Below are positions 11,394-22,744 of a stretch of 64,000 bases of DNA, piece after piece. The position numbers and the translations under genes were made by a program. This DNA comes from Cenococcum geophilum (Eukaryota), in the NCBI GenBank assembly GCA_050273025.1, contig CP158636.1:7440001-7504000 (forward strand), given 5' to 3'. The notes below the pieces were generated by a model, which saw only the letters and a program-made list of their open reading frames with translations, was not told the DNA's origin and made no database searches. The stretch's first letter is position 1. The number at the start of each line of letters is the position of its first letter.

Positions 11394-11603
11394 TTAAACA
11401 CTTTTACGAAACAGCACTATTCTAACTATGGGCACTATATTCATTGACATATTGTTAGCGTTACTGTACCCTAGATAGACTGGCAGCAATAGCGACTTAC
11501 CGGCCGGGTGGAAGTGGGCCTCGATGTTGTCGGGGTTATGCCCGACTTGCAGTCCTTGGTTACCCGAGCTCGTGAACGTGGACGTGATGGTAGGACAGGC
11601 CAT
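11394..11603 (-). CDS. PP-motif micro-ORF / orphan NLR first exon (~47 aa if spliced)
   Basis: MACPTITSTFTSSGNQGLQVGHNPDNIEAHFHPA, then intron 11500-11435 (GTAAGT...GCTAAC...TAG), then a short tail to a stop; divergent from the HeLo gene. Confidence 0.6.
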   Translation of the reverse strand: MACPTITSTFTSSGNQGLQVGHNPDNIEAHFHPAGKSLLLPVYLGYSNANNMSMNIVPIVRIVLFRKSV

Positions 11604-11890
11604 ATCGAGTTTGCGCAATTTGTCGCTCGCCGTGGACTAGAAATCCAGGTTCATAACAAGGACTGTTCCTCGCCAGGCTATTTATAGCTTTGCATGCTTG
11701 GACCCCGCGCGGCTAGAGTTCAGCCTGACATCTATTGCAAGCAATCTGTTCACCCTCTAACGCCTGACAGCAAGCTCAAGAGCTGAGGTTCAGGAGCATT
11801 TAGTCTTACCGAGGACTGTATTCATTACTCTTCCACACTTTGCCTTGCCGCCTACGCTTCCCATCCTCACACCTATTCCAATCAGAAGGT
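11604..11890. promoter_or_regulatory. Probable bidirectional promoter between the PP micro-ORF and the HeLo gene
   Basis: 287-bp head-to-head spacer; TATAAATA on the minus strand near 11680. Confidence 0.4.
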
Positions 11891-12685
11891 ATGGCAGAAG
11901 CTGCTGGCCTTGCCGCTAGTGTCATCGCTCTTGCCGGACTCTTTAACAACACTGTGGAGTGCTTCGAATTCATTCAGCTTGGCCGTAACTTTGGAAAGAA
12001 CTTCCAGACGAGTCAGCTCAAGCTTGACAATGCAAGACTACGTCTGTCTCGGTGGGGCTGTTCTCTGGGATTAAACGACAACATACAAGATGTGCAGTCA
12101 CTGCAAGATTGCTTTGGTTCGCGTCAAAACATCGACCAGGCCGACGCTTTACTTGGTCAGATTCTCGACTTGTTTGGGGAAGCTGAAGGTATTTCAGACA
12201 AGTACAAGAGTCGGATAAAGGCCGATGATGACAGCCTTGCAATATGCAATCCGCAAACGGATCTCGAACCTGCAATTGCAGATCTCCATAACACAATGCG
12301 GCAACTCTCAATCGAGCGACAAAATCGAACTGGTTTGCGGCAAAAGGCAAAATGGGCATTGTATGAGGAGAAACGCTTCAGAAGGCTAATTGAGGATGTC
12401 ATCGAACTAGTCAACGACCTCGTAGAGCTCTTTCCAGCCAGTCGCGCACTCCAGCAACAACTCTGCGAGACAGAGGTGTCCACGGTCGGTGCTAACGAAG
12501 GCATTTCGGTACTACAAGAGATCGCTGCCGAGCAGGATAAGGCTTTAGAAGGGGCTCTTGCTAAAGCCGCTAATGATACACAAGGGTCACAAAACGTTAT
12601 GTTTTCGGGCAGCAATAACACTGGCTTCCAGCTAGGCTACAACTCTGGCTCGATTAGCGGGTTTACCTTTGGGAAAGGCAGCTAA
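11891..12685 (+). CDS. HET-S-like HeLo-domain cell-death protein with C-terminal PP (RHIM-like) amyloid motif, 264 aa
   Basis: MAEAAGLAASVIALAGLFNNTVECFEFIQLGRNFG...LRLSRWG...KWALYE...LVELFP follows the HET-s/S HeLo pattern; C-terminus FSGSNNTGFQLGYNSGSISG (NxGxQxGxNxG). Confidence 0.92.
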   Translation: MAEAAGLAASVIALAGLFNNTVECFEFIQLGRNFGKNFQTSQLKLDNARLRLSRWGCSLGLNDNIQDVQSLQDCFGSRQNIDQADALLGQILDLFGEAEGISDKYKSRIKADDDSLAICNPQTDLEPAIADLHNTMRQLSIERQNRTGLRQKAKWALYEEKRFRRLIEDVIELVNDLVELFPASRALQQQLCETEVSTVGANEGISVLQEIAAEQDKALEGALAKAANDTQGSQNVMFSGSNNTGFQLGYNSGSISGFTFGKGS

Positions 12686-12889
12686 TCGTCATCTGTCTAT
12701 AGGCGCAAACTAAAATCTATATTATTAGGGATCTTCAGAGGTTGAATAAAAATATTTAATAGTATCTTCATATCTTTCAAGGGATACTTCTTACCCTTAG
12801 CTTAGATATATTATAGAATAAGTACATAACTGCATAAGCATGCTTATAAGTAATATCTAACGAAAATTATATATAAATTAGCATAAAAT

Positions 12890-13060
12890 GTCGCCACTAC
12901 AAGTAGGGAGGGCGGCCGACCCGCTCCGGCTACACCCTTGTGAGATGGCGAATTCTGTAAGAGGTGAGTTGGTTAACTAGAGCATGGCCAAAGTTGAGTT
13001 TGATCGCCAGCCTGCGGGGCTAAGGTTGGCGCGCTTGCTAAGACTTCGCACAGCTATAGA
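12890..13060 (+). repeat. Repeat 'B' copy 3
   Basis: Inverted match to 3530-3712 and direct match to 64-395. Confidence 0.85.
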
Positions 13061-13443
13061 AACTTGTAATCCTATTCGGCATAGTGAAAAATATAATAAC
13101 TATAACATATGTAAGCACACCGGATTCTTGTGCTAAGACATCTTATCCGCCTTATAAAGGCACTTGGCCAATAAAGTACGCATTTTGGATTTATCTGCGC
13201 GAAGGAATCTACATTGCGTCTTGGTAAGAGAGTTCGATGCGCTTATATAATAGGGCTTTAGATACTTAGCCGGATATACTATATTCTATACAATGCTAAG
13301 TGGCTTAGTCTATGGCGCTCTTCTAGAAGTATCCATGTACAGTTATATGCTAGCTATTTTTGGCAGCCGGGCTATATACGTTCCTATTGTGCCAGCTGTC
13401 CTATACCGTCTCTTATCCTTCTCCTATTACTACTATTGTAGAT

Positions 13444-16400
13444 ATAGACCGAGCCAGCTAGGTGCTAGTGTAAGGTCTCCCTTTAGATATACCTAGGATA
13501 TATACTACATTAGCAGAATGGGGCGATGTTCCCCTCTCTATACTTTACTATCGTGATTAAAGACGACGCTTAAGAGAGGAATTAGCCTAAAGCTAGCAAT
13601 ACCTTACCCTAGAGGAAGAGAAAGCCATTATAAGATTTTTATTACTAATGTCTAATCTTGGGCACCCTGTGCGAATTAAGTTTATTTATTCGCTAGCCTT
13701 TAGTGTCGCCTATTATTAATCTATAGATAACCTAATTAAGCCTCTAGGTAAGAACTAGCCCTAAGCCTTTAAGAAACGCTATCTGGAACTTAAAGCGAGG
13801 CGAGTCAAGGCTATAGACTGGAAGCGCCACGATATATATATATATAATAAGGTTATAGAGTGGTTTGAAGTAATTGGTAAAGTACTATAGGATCTAGCTA
13901 TTTGGCCGGAAAATATATATAATATGGATAAGACGGGAGTCTTGCTAAGTATGCTTGGCTCCGTTAAAGTCCTTATAGGTAAGGATGATATATAAGACTA
14001 TAGAGGTGTAAGTATTAAGCGAATAACGGTAACCGTTATTGAGTGTGTTAGCGGTAATAGTAGGTCGCTGCTACCTCTTATAATCTGGCCCGCTTTAACT
14101 TACTAAAGCAACTAGACTACGTACCTAACCCCTAGATGGTATTACGGACATTCTAAAAATGGATATAATGACTTAAAGATTAGCTTAGAGTGGCTTAAGC
14201 ATATTTTTAATCTTTAAACTAAGGAACTGGCGAACGGGAAACCACGGGTCCTTATATATAACGGCTTCGGGACCTACAAAACCCTTAAAATCTTAGAGTT
14301 TTGCTTTAAAAACTATATTATTTTATGTCGTCTCCCCTTTTACACCTCCCATAAGCTCTAGCCCTATAACGTTAGTGTCTTCGGACCCCTAAAGACAGCC
14401 TATCGCGACTAGGTTAAACGACTAAATTGAAGTAGTGTAGATATAGTTGGTAAGGAGTATTTCACTTCTCTATATAAGCCTATACGGGACAAGGTATTAA
14501 CTAAGAGGAATATTATGGCTAGGTGGGCCGTAACTAGTTTATTTCCGTTTAACTTAGAGAGAGTGCTTAGAGGAGTATAGAAACCCCTAGCTAAACTTAC
14601 TGTTCCAAAAGCCAATAACATAGGCCCTTATCTGCAAGAAGAAGTACTATAAATACCTACTATGCCTGTATCGCTAGTGATAATAAAGGCGCTTATATTA
14701 TTGCAAAACCTAATCTAATAGGATACTTATGCGCTTAATAAGATAAGCAAACAGTGTCTGTAAAGGCACGTATAAAAGCTCGTAAGTATGGCTAAGATAT
14801 CCTCTATCTAATATGCCCTTCTTTAGGATTAAAACCGATTCCTATTAAAAACAAACAGCGAAGTAAGAGTTCGCCAATTAACTAGGTTAATAGTCTTAGG
14901 AAAGGCGAAAGTAATAAGCTATAAGGACCTTAAGGAGGCATAAGCGAGGTATAAAGTAAAAGACAAAGCTACCATAAGTAAGGGAAAACGCGGTCGTAAG
15001 CGTAAGTATTAAAAAGTAATTTATATTATCTCCCTCTAATCTTAGAGAGCTAGTGGCTATATAATATAATATTGGGGAGGCTAGGTATCTAGCCTCCCTA
15101 TAATACCAGAAGGTCAATTCTTAACAAATCTTAACACTCCCACTCAAACTGATTAGGGTAGGTCAATAGCTCCTACTTAAACTAGCGGCGTAAATATAGC
15201 TCCCACTTAATCCTTATGCGGATTTAGATAAATAATAAGACTTCCTTTAGGCCTTATTAAACCTTAAAAAACTCTTAGAAAAAAAGGGAAAGAGTGCCTT
15301 TATAAAGTTACAAAATAGATCTAGTTCTGCATCCTTTTCTTGACCGTTATTATTTATCCATGCGACTTCTTAAGATTCGTGCGTCCTTAACCCTAACGCG
15401 TTCCTAAAATCGACGAATTTGTCTTTTAGTAGGGCTTTGGTGAGCCTATCTACTACCTATTTTTTAGTGGGGATATATTATAGGTCTACGTCTCCTTTAG
15501 CCTATCTTTTCCGCACGTAGTAGTGTTAAATTGCAATATGCTTTATTCTGGAGTGGAACTAGGGGTTCTTAGCTAGGGCTATAGCGCCTTAGTTGTCTCC
15601 GTAAATAATAGTCGCTATTAGCTCTTCTGACTTAAGTAGCTCCGCTAGAAGGTTCCTAAGCTAGATGGCTTCCTTAGTGGCTTGTGTTTCTCCTATATAT
15701 TCTACCTTATAGGAGGATAATGCCACGACTAGTTGCCTTTTTAATGACTAGCTGATTGCTCCGCTTCCAATATTAAAGATATAGCCTGCGGTAGAGCGTT
15801 TAGTCGCGATGTCTTCCGCCTAGTTTAAGTTGGTATATTTAACTAGTTCTTCTAAGGGACCAGAGAAGTTTAGTTCTAGGTTAATAGTACCTCGAAGGTA
15901 TTGGAAAATTCGTTTTACGGCTTTAATATAGGGTTCTCCCGGGTTGGTCATGTAGCGGCTACAGACTAACACCGCATATACAATATCTGGTCTAGTCCCT
16001 AGTATGGTGTACATTAATGACCCGATTGCCCTAGCGTATTAGTTCCGGTCCGTTTTTATAGCTATAAAGCCTTCCTTAGAGGGTTTTAGTTTATTAGTAT
16101 CTATAGGGGTTATAACTGGTTTACACTCCCATATACTAAATTCTCGTAGTACTTTTTCAATATACCCCTTTTGGTGAAGCCAAAGGGAGCGGGTTAGTTG
16201 GTCTCTGCGTACTAACATTCTTAGGTAGTAGGTATAAGGCCCTAGGTCGGTCATCTGGAAGCGTTTACTAAGGGCGTCTTTAATCTTTTATATTTCGCTT
16301 TTATTGGGGCCTACTATTAGTAGGTCGTCTACGTAGACTACTAGGTAAATGTGACCTTTTACAAATACGCCGAGGTTAAATGAGAGGGGTAAGAAGCCTA

Positions 16401-19400
16401 GGCCTTTTAGGAAGAGGGCAAGAGTACAATACTAGATTTATGGTGATTGTTTAAGTCCGTAAAGTGCCTTATTTAGTTAGTAGACTCTTTTTATCCTATC
16501 TTCTAGCCCCGTTGGTTGCTTAATGTATATTTTTTTATCAATTGCTCTATACAGGAAGGCTGTCTTAACGTCTATTTGTTCGATTTTAAGGTTAAGGGCA
16601 GCGGTAATGGCGAAGATTATCTTATAGCTTATTGGTTTAACTACTGATATAAATATCTCGTTATAGTCGACGCCTTCTTATTATTTAAATCCGCGTACAA
16701 CCCAGCGGGCTTTATACCGTAGTATTTCACCATTTAGTCCTCTTTTAAGTTTGTAGACCCATTTCCCTTATAAGACCCGTCTATTTAGAGGGGGGTCGAC
16801 TAGGATCCACGTAATATTGTCAAGTAGGGACTTATATTCGTCCTTTATGGCTATAAGCCATTATTTTTAAGATATATCAGCCCTAGCTTGTGGCAGTGTT
16901 TTTAGTTTAAAAGGTTCCGTTACGGCTTTTGCCGCTTCTAAAAGCGCTGTAACGAATATGTACCTCCTTATTAAGTCCTCTAAGTATTGGCCTTTGGTTG
17001 CTCTTATTGATATTTATAGCTTAGGGTGGCTTTAAAGTGTCTCGCCAGGTACTGAGTGTACGTTCTCTATTTTGGACGGTGGTTCCCTACTGTTAGGGTC
17101 GGTGTTAGTTTGGTTTGACGATTTACCCGTATTTTGTGGGTCTATTTCGTCGTTTCTTTCCGGCGTTTTATTGCCATTTAAGGGGCTTACGCCGCCCTCC
17201 CTTTTGGGTAATGTTTCCCTTTTAGGTGATGTCTTACTAGTGTTTTCCCCTTTAAAGGTTTTGGAGGATTCGAGGTTCTATAGCTAGGCTAGTGACTTAT
17301 TATCTACTAGATTTCCATCTTCCCTACTAGTAGGGTATAAATCTTTTATGTGAGACACTCTTAGTTATTTGGGAGCCCTACTAGGACCTATAGGGTCTTT
17401 AGCTAGTCGCTTATTTAACCGTTTTTGTGTCTCCCCTTTAGTACTCGGGGCGCCTAGATAAGGTCTGTTTTCTATAAATATAACATTTACGGAGTAAGTG
17501 ATTGTGCTATTTTTGGTTAGGATACGGTAGTTCTGACTCCTTTAAAGCCGAGGAGTTTGTACGGCATTGTTTTTATATTAGCAAGTTTTCGCCGTTTCTT
17601 TTTAGGTTTTAGTACTAAGCAGTTATATCCTAGTACTTAGATAAAGGATAAGTCTGGCTCCTTACTATACTAGGCTTTATAAGGTGTTTTACTAATATAA
17701 GCGCTAGGGCTGCGGTTATGGATTTTTATAACAGAGATAAGTATTTCTGGCCACCATTTCTTATATAGATTTGCTTTTAGCAGCGTAGGGTAGAGTTTAT
17801 CTATAAGGATTTTGTTTAAGCGTTTAGCGGCTTTATTCTGTTAGTGCTGCTCTATGGCTATAACTTTAATATTAATTCCTCTGTCTGCGTAGAAGATATG
17901 GAATTTATCTAAACGGTTTTCTCCTCCCTAGTTAAGTCTAACGTGTTAATAACGGCGTTCTAGTCGGGAGTACTTTTTTATAAAATGTTGAAAATAGCGG
18001 AAGAACTCGCTTTTCTTAGTAATGGGGTAAGCTTTAGCTATTTGCGTATAGTTATTAAGAAACGTAACCTAGTATTGGCTTTAGTCGTAGCCTATAACGG
18101 GGAAAGGGCTAGCGATATTAGTGTGGATAAATTTAAGTGGGTAAGTTCCTGGTTTGAACTTCCTTTTATATGGTTTTTCTTTTATTCGTCCTTGGACGCA
18201 TAAAATGCATACGTAGTTATCTAGAGGGGGGTCTATTCCGGTTGATATTGTTTTAAGTCTTTGTAGATTTTACTCCCCTAGGTAGCCCATTCTTTCGTGC
18301 TAAATTTTATGCTATACGGTAGTAATTATATAGGCGGTTAGTCCTAGGGGTGGTTTTAATTATTAGATATTAAATGCGTATAGGCCATAGAGTAAGGATG
18401 CTTTAAATTTTGTTTTCTTTATAATAATAATTATATCGTTATCATTAAAACTTATTTTTACTCCTTTTGCCCATAGCTTTAATATAGAGATTAGATTAAC
18501 ACCCCCTTCTAAGACGTAGAGAGTATCGTATAGGTAGAGGTCTACGTTTTTGTTATTAATAAGGTAGGATAGTTTTATTATCCTAATCGCTTTTAATATT
18601 GCCCGCGCTTCTATAAAGCCCCTTAGTAGTCTGCCGGCGTAGCTTTATAGTTCTATAAAGTCTTCTTTCCGGTAGCCAGAGTGGTGGGAGCAGCCGGAGT
18701 TGAGGAAGAAGGTCGCCGTGAGGTTTATGTCTATATCGGCTGCTATAAGGTGAACGGCTTCTATGCTATCTAATATAGCGTAGCTTAGACCTGCTATTAG
18801 TTCGTTTTCGTTTTCTTTTATAGGTTTATCGTTCCTACCCTTAGGTCTCTTGTTCTCCTTATTATAGGAGTTACTTTATTTCCTTTTCCTTTCCTAATAC
18901 TTTTCCTTATGGTATTTTCTTTTGAAGTTTAGGTATAGTCTCTAACACTCGTCCTTTATATAATAGAGCTTATGGCAGTGTGTGCAACTTTTTGTGTTTT
19001 GGGTATTTTAAGGGATTGCTAGTAGGGCAGTCTTATTGTCTTCCCGTCCTCTTATGTTCTGTTCTTCCCTTTCTGCCGCTTATATAGCTTTATTAAATAT
19101 TACAGCTGCTTTTATAATCTTATTCTTTTCATTTCGTTCTGGTAGAAGGGAGTGTTTTTAGTGGAAGGAGGTTAGGAATATGTTGTAGTCTAGGCCGAGT
19201 CCTATTAGGAATTTGTTAACTAGGGAGATTTCACTAATTGTGTAGTTAGGGTCGAGCTCTATAATCTCTGTTCGTACTTCTTATAGCTTTTCCGCATAGC
19301 TTATTACCCCCTTATAGGTATCTAGGGTAACTTCCTAGTACCGTCTTTTAAGATATTAGTAGACTGCACTTCCTATTAGACGAAAGCGTTTTTATAGCTT

Positions 19401-20970
19401 AGTAAGGATTTTATCTATATTTTCGATTTCTTTAACTTCCCTCATGGCGTTGTAACCGAGTCTGCTTTGGATGATACTATATGCTTATTCCTGTTTATTA
19501 AGCTAGGTATCTAACTTGGTTTTATATACTGTCTCTAATAGGGCCCCTTATTCTGGTCTTTTTGCGTTCCGTTTAAGTAGGTCTTTATACCCGTTTATTA
19601 ATAAGTAGAGGCGTATCTGTTTAATAAACTCTATTTATCCTATAGTAGATTTCAGCTTCTTTATCTTATCTAGCCCTCTAGTTCCTTTTTTAGCAGTGAA
19701 ATTTATCTTTGCCTTAACTGTAGGTGTCTTTAGTAAGACTGGTAGAGGTTTCTTAGGCTTATTAGGGATAGGTTTAGTCGTTAAGGCCTAGGAGGAGGTT
19801 TAGGATGTTTGGGGGAGATAGGTAAAGGTAATAGTAAAGGTAGAGGTAAGGTGTAAGCGATAGTAGGTTTAGGAGGTTTAGGTAGTTCCGCTAAAGCTTT
19901 AGGTAGAGGGTTAGAGTCCTTAGTAGTAGAGCTAGAGGGGTTTAGTATTTCCAACCCTTTAAATTTAATAGATTTGTATATAGTTTTAGAATCCTCTGGT
20001 GTATCTAGTGGGATAGATATAGTAGAGGTCTTAGAAGGTAATTAAGGAGGAGTTTAAACCTTAAGGCCGAAGAGTTCGTTTAAACTGGCTACAGAGAGTG
20101 TACTATTAGATATTAAAGAGTTATCTAAATCACTAGAGTAGACGGGTATAGTGCTAGGGTTGAAGTCTTAATCCTTAAAGTCTTCTGTAAAGATATAGGT
20201 GTTGTCTTTGCTAATGTCCTTAACTATATAGGGGTAAAGGAAGGTATTAAGGAAGCGGTGGAACCGTGCTGGTTATAAGGGTTAAGGTCTTAATTGGTAT
20301 AAAACCGGTCTTCTGGGTCTTTGGCGTAAACGTTAAGGAGTTGGTTTCTTTACTGTTATAGTGGTTTTTGACTGGATTATATAGTTATCTTGGGTTTGGA
20401 AGCACGGTTGTCCTATAACTAGAAGGCTGGTATAGGGGTTTAACGATTTTTAAAGAATTTAAGAGGTTGGGTTTTAGCGTCTTAGCGCCTAGCCTTTTTA
20501 TAAGGAGTTCTTCCAGGCCTCCTTTTTACCGTATTTCTTATAATATTAGGTTTTTGGTAATATATATATATATTACAAAGGTGCGTAGCGGAAGACAGCT
20601 ATAAGACTATAAAGTTCCTCTAGAATATATTTTTAGTGGATTATATATTTAATTATAAGGTACTATAAGACTTGGCTTATTTATATAATCCGGGCTTATA
20701 ACCTGTTAAAAAGTGATTTATATTATTTCCCTCCAATCTTAGAGAGCTAGTGGCTATATAATATAATATTAGGGAGGCTAGGTACCTAGCCTCTTTATAA
20801 TACCAGAAGGTCGATTCTTAACAAATCTTAATAGTAAGAGTCCTGCGCCAGAGGAAGAAGTAGAGGCAAGTTTATTAGTGCTAAAGGATAAGGTGGCGCA
20901 GATAAGTAAAGTCAAGCCCGTAAAAGCGGTAAGAGTGCCATAGAGGGCACCGGTGGCGAAGATATATTAA
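13444..20970 (+). pseudogene. Fot1/pogo DDE_1 transposase, RIP'd and interrupted by a Copia element
   Basis: QYLTLEEEKA (HTH/CENP-B), YNMDKTGV, LIYNGFGTYKT, HKL*PYNVSVFGPLK; frame GRKRK|SPAPEEE...APVAKIY* resumes after 20838. Confidence 0.9.
15007..20833 (-). mobile_element. Full-length Ty1/Copia LTR retrotransposon (RIP'd)
   Basis: 130-bp LTRs 15007-15136 and 20704-20833, TSD GTAAG, PBS GGTTATAAGCCC, PPT GTTTGAGTGGGAG; gag CTHCHK knuckle, RT WVVRGF/YGLKQSP/YVDDLL, RNase H KHIAI. Confidence 0.95.
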
Positions 20971-21189
20971 GATAAGTATTATTGCTGTGTTATCTTACTC
21001 TAGGGGTTGCGCATATTATATATAAACAAAGTAAGGATAGAGTTGTAATAAGTAGATGTTACTTTAAGATATATCTAGTGGTTATTACTCGTCCACTAAA
21101 CTAGCGCTATTTTGCTAACTGCTCTAAGCGTCCGCATAGCTATAGGCCTAGTAGCTACAGGCTTAGCTTACCGGATAATATCTGTAAAT

Positions 21190-21656
21190 TACGTGGTAAT
21201 AATTATGTATAACGTGCGGGGTTGTCTTACACTAGCTAGGATTGGAAACTTCTTTAATTAGAAGTAGCGACCGGGGTGGCGACCTTGTATAAATTTATAC
21301 GCCACAGTAGACATAAGGCTGAGGATAACTTTATACTATTGTAGTAAGGTTCTAAGGCTCGGATAATATCGTTTTATAAGTATTTTAGAGTGGTAAGAGC
21401 TTAATAATAGTGCTGTTAGGAAGAAACTGGGTTTCGCTCTAATATAAGGCTCTCTACAAATTAAGCGCGAAGGCAATAATACACATTGTAATTTTTAGAT
21501 TGAATAAGTTCTAGATGTTTAGAAATAGCTATAGTATATAACTAATATAGAGTTATAGTGAATATTAATATGTATACAGATTTTAAGTTGTTTAAAGTTA
21601 AAGTACCCCTCTATTTTCTCGGCCTAGTGGGTTTCTCAACCTGTAGGGAGGGATGT
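21190..21656 (+). repeat. Repeat 'A' copy 3; candidate right long terminal inverted repeat
   Basis: Inverted to 3051-3490; ends ...gtagggagggatgt followed by TA. Confidence 0.75.
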
Positions 21657-21857
21657 TACTACGTTCTACCAGGCCTCTTCTTTACAAATCCTTAAGTATT
21701 GGGTATTTGTGATGAATAAATACCGCAATTAGATTAAATAAGCTTTAGAGGTTAGAAAAGATACTAAATATATTAAGCTAACAAATAAATCTAATCTATC
21801 TTATTATTGCTATCCTAATTATTATAAAACTAAGGATATCTCTAGTAGTATATTTAG

Positions 21858-22343
21858 TTAGATCTCTAATATCTTTCTAGTCTCTTTAATAAACTCTTCT
21901 AAATTCTCTACGAGCTAGATACCGAACCTATTATAAATAATCTGCATATTACCGCGTCTCTAGTAACCTTTAGGGTAGTAAACGACCATTTTGTAACTAA
22001 GAGTATATAGACCAAGCTTAAGAAGGCTAATTGGCGATATGCTATTCTTATTAAAGAATATTGCGATAACGTTAGCGCGGTCCAAATAATCAAGCTTCCA
22101 TTTAACATGCTCGCGGAACTATAAATTAGAAATTTCCTACATCCAATCTTTATATTAGTCATTACGGCGCGGATTAAAAAAAGTAATAGGAAGATGTAAG
22201 AGGGATGACGTTACCTTGGCTTGCCAGTTAGTAGCAGAACCTATATTAATGCTGCTAGTAAGGTAAATAGACTTACTACAAATAGGCAGACGGGCTAGTG
22301 GCTTGCAAATCGTGTATATAGCAGTTTCCGAGTTAGCTGACAA
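21858..22343 (-). pseudogene. Nucleoside 2-deoxyribosyltransferase-like (Nuc_deoxyri_tr2-type) gene, RIP'd
   Basis: SIYLTSSINIGSATNWQ...FNPRRND*...FREHVKWKLDYLDRANVI...SPISLLKLGL...PKGY*RRGNMQI. Confidence 0.8.
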
Positions 22344-22744
22344 CGTGCTTATAATTACGCAATATTAGTGACTAATGGATAAACGAAACCCAATCCTTGG
22401 AATAGGTAAAATAAGAGATTAGTTAGCATAATAAAGCGATAGGTAATGAAGTGTCTGTTAAACACAATTTAATATAAGGTATTACCCCCATTAATAACTA
22501 TTATATTGAGGCGATGTACTTTGCTAAGCTGCTTAAGACAATTTAAGGGTCCTAAAATAGGGACCCTACTATAAATAACTCCTTGGGGTGCCCTAAAGCA
22601 GACCCCTATAACTTAAAATTTAAGGTTAAAATAGAAATTAGAAATAGTAAAGGGATCTCTTACTATATATCCTATAAATCTAGTAGGTTTTGGAGTTGTA
22701 AATTACACTCTATAGTTATTTCGACCGTAACTATATACCCTTTT

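Larger units (their letters stand above)
3051..21656. mobile_element. Putative composite/giant Fot1-pogo DNA transposon carrying NLR + HeLo cargo
   Basis: Long inverted A repeats at both ends flanked by TA (3049-3050, 21657-21658), inner inverted B repeats, and an internal DDE_1-type transposase pseudogene. Confidence 0.5.

Noticed and set aside
11840..11890. Longer 281 aa start for the HeLo gene
   Set aside because: Begins at TTG; ATG 11891 gives the conserved MAE start with the N-terminal hydrophobic helix
12018..12621. Minus-strand ORFs of 113 and 154 aa
   Set aside because: Antisense shadows of the HeLo gene
12590..12685. HET-s two-repeat prion-forming domain / calling the gene het-s
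   Set aside because: The tail is a single short PP-type motif, so no gene symbol was assigned
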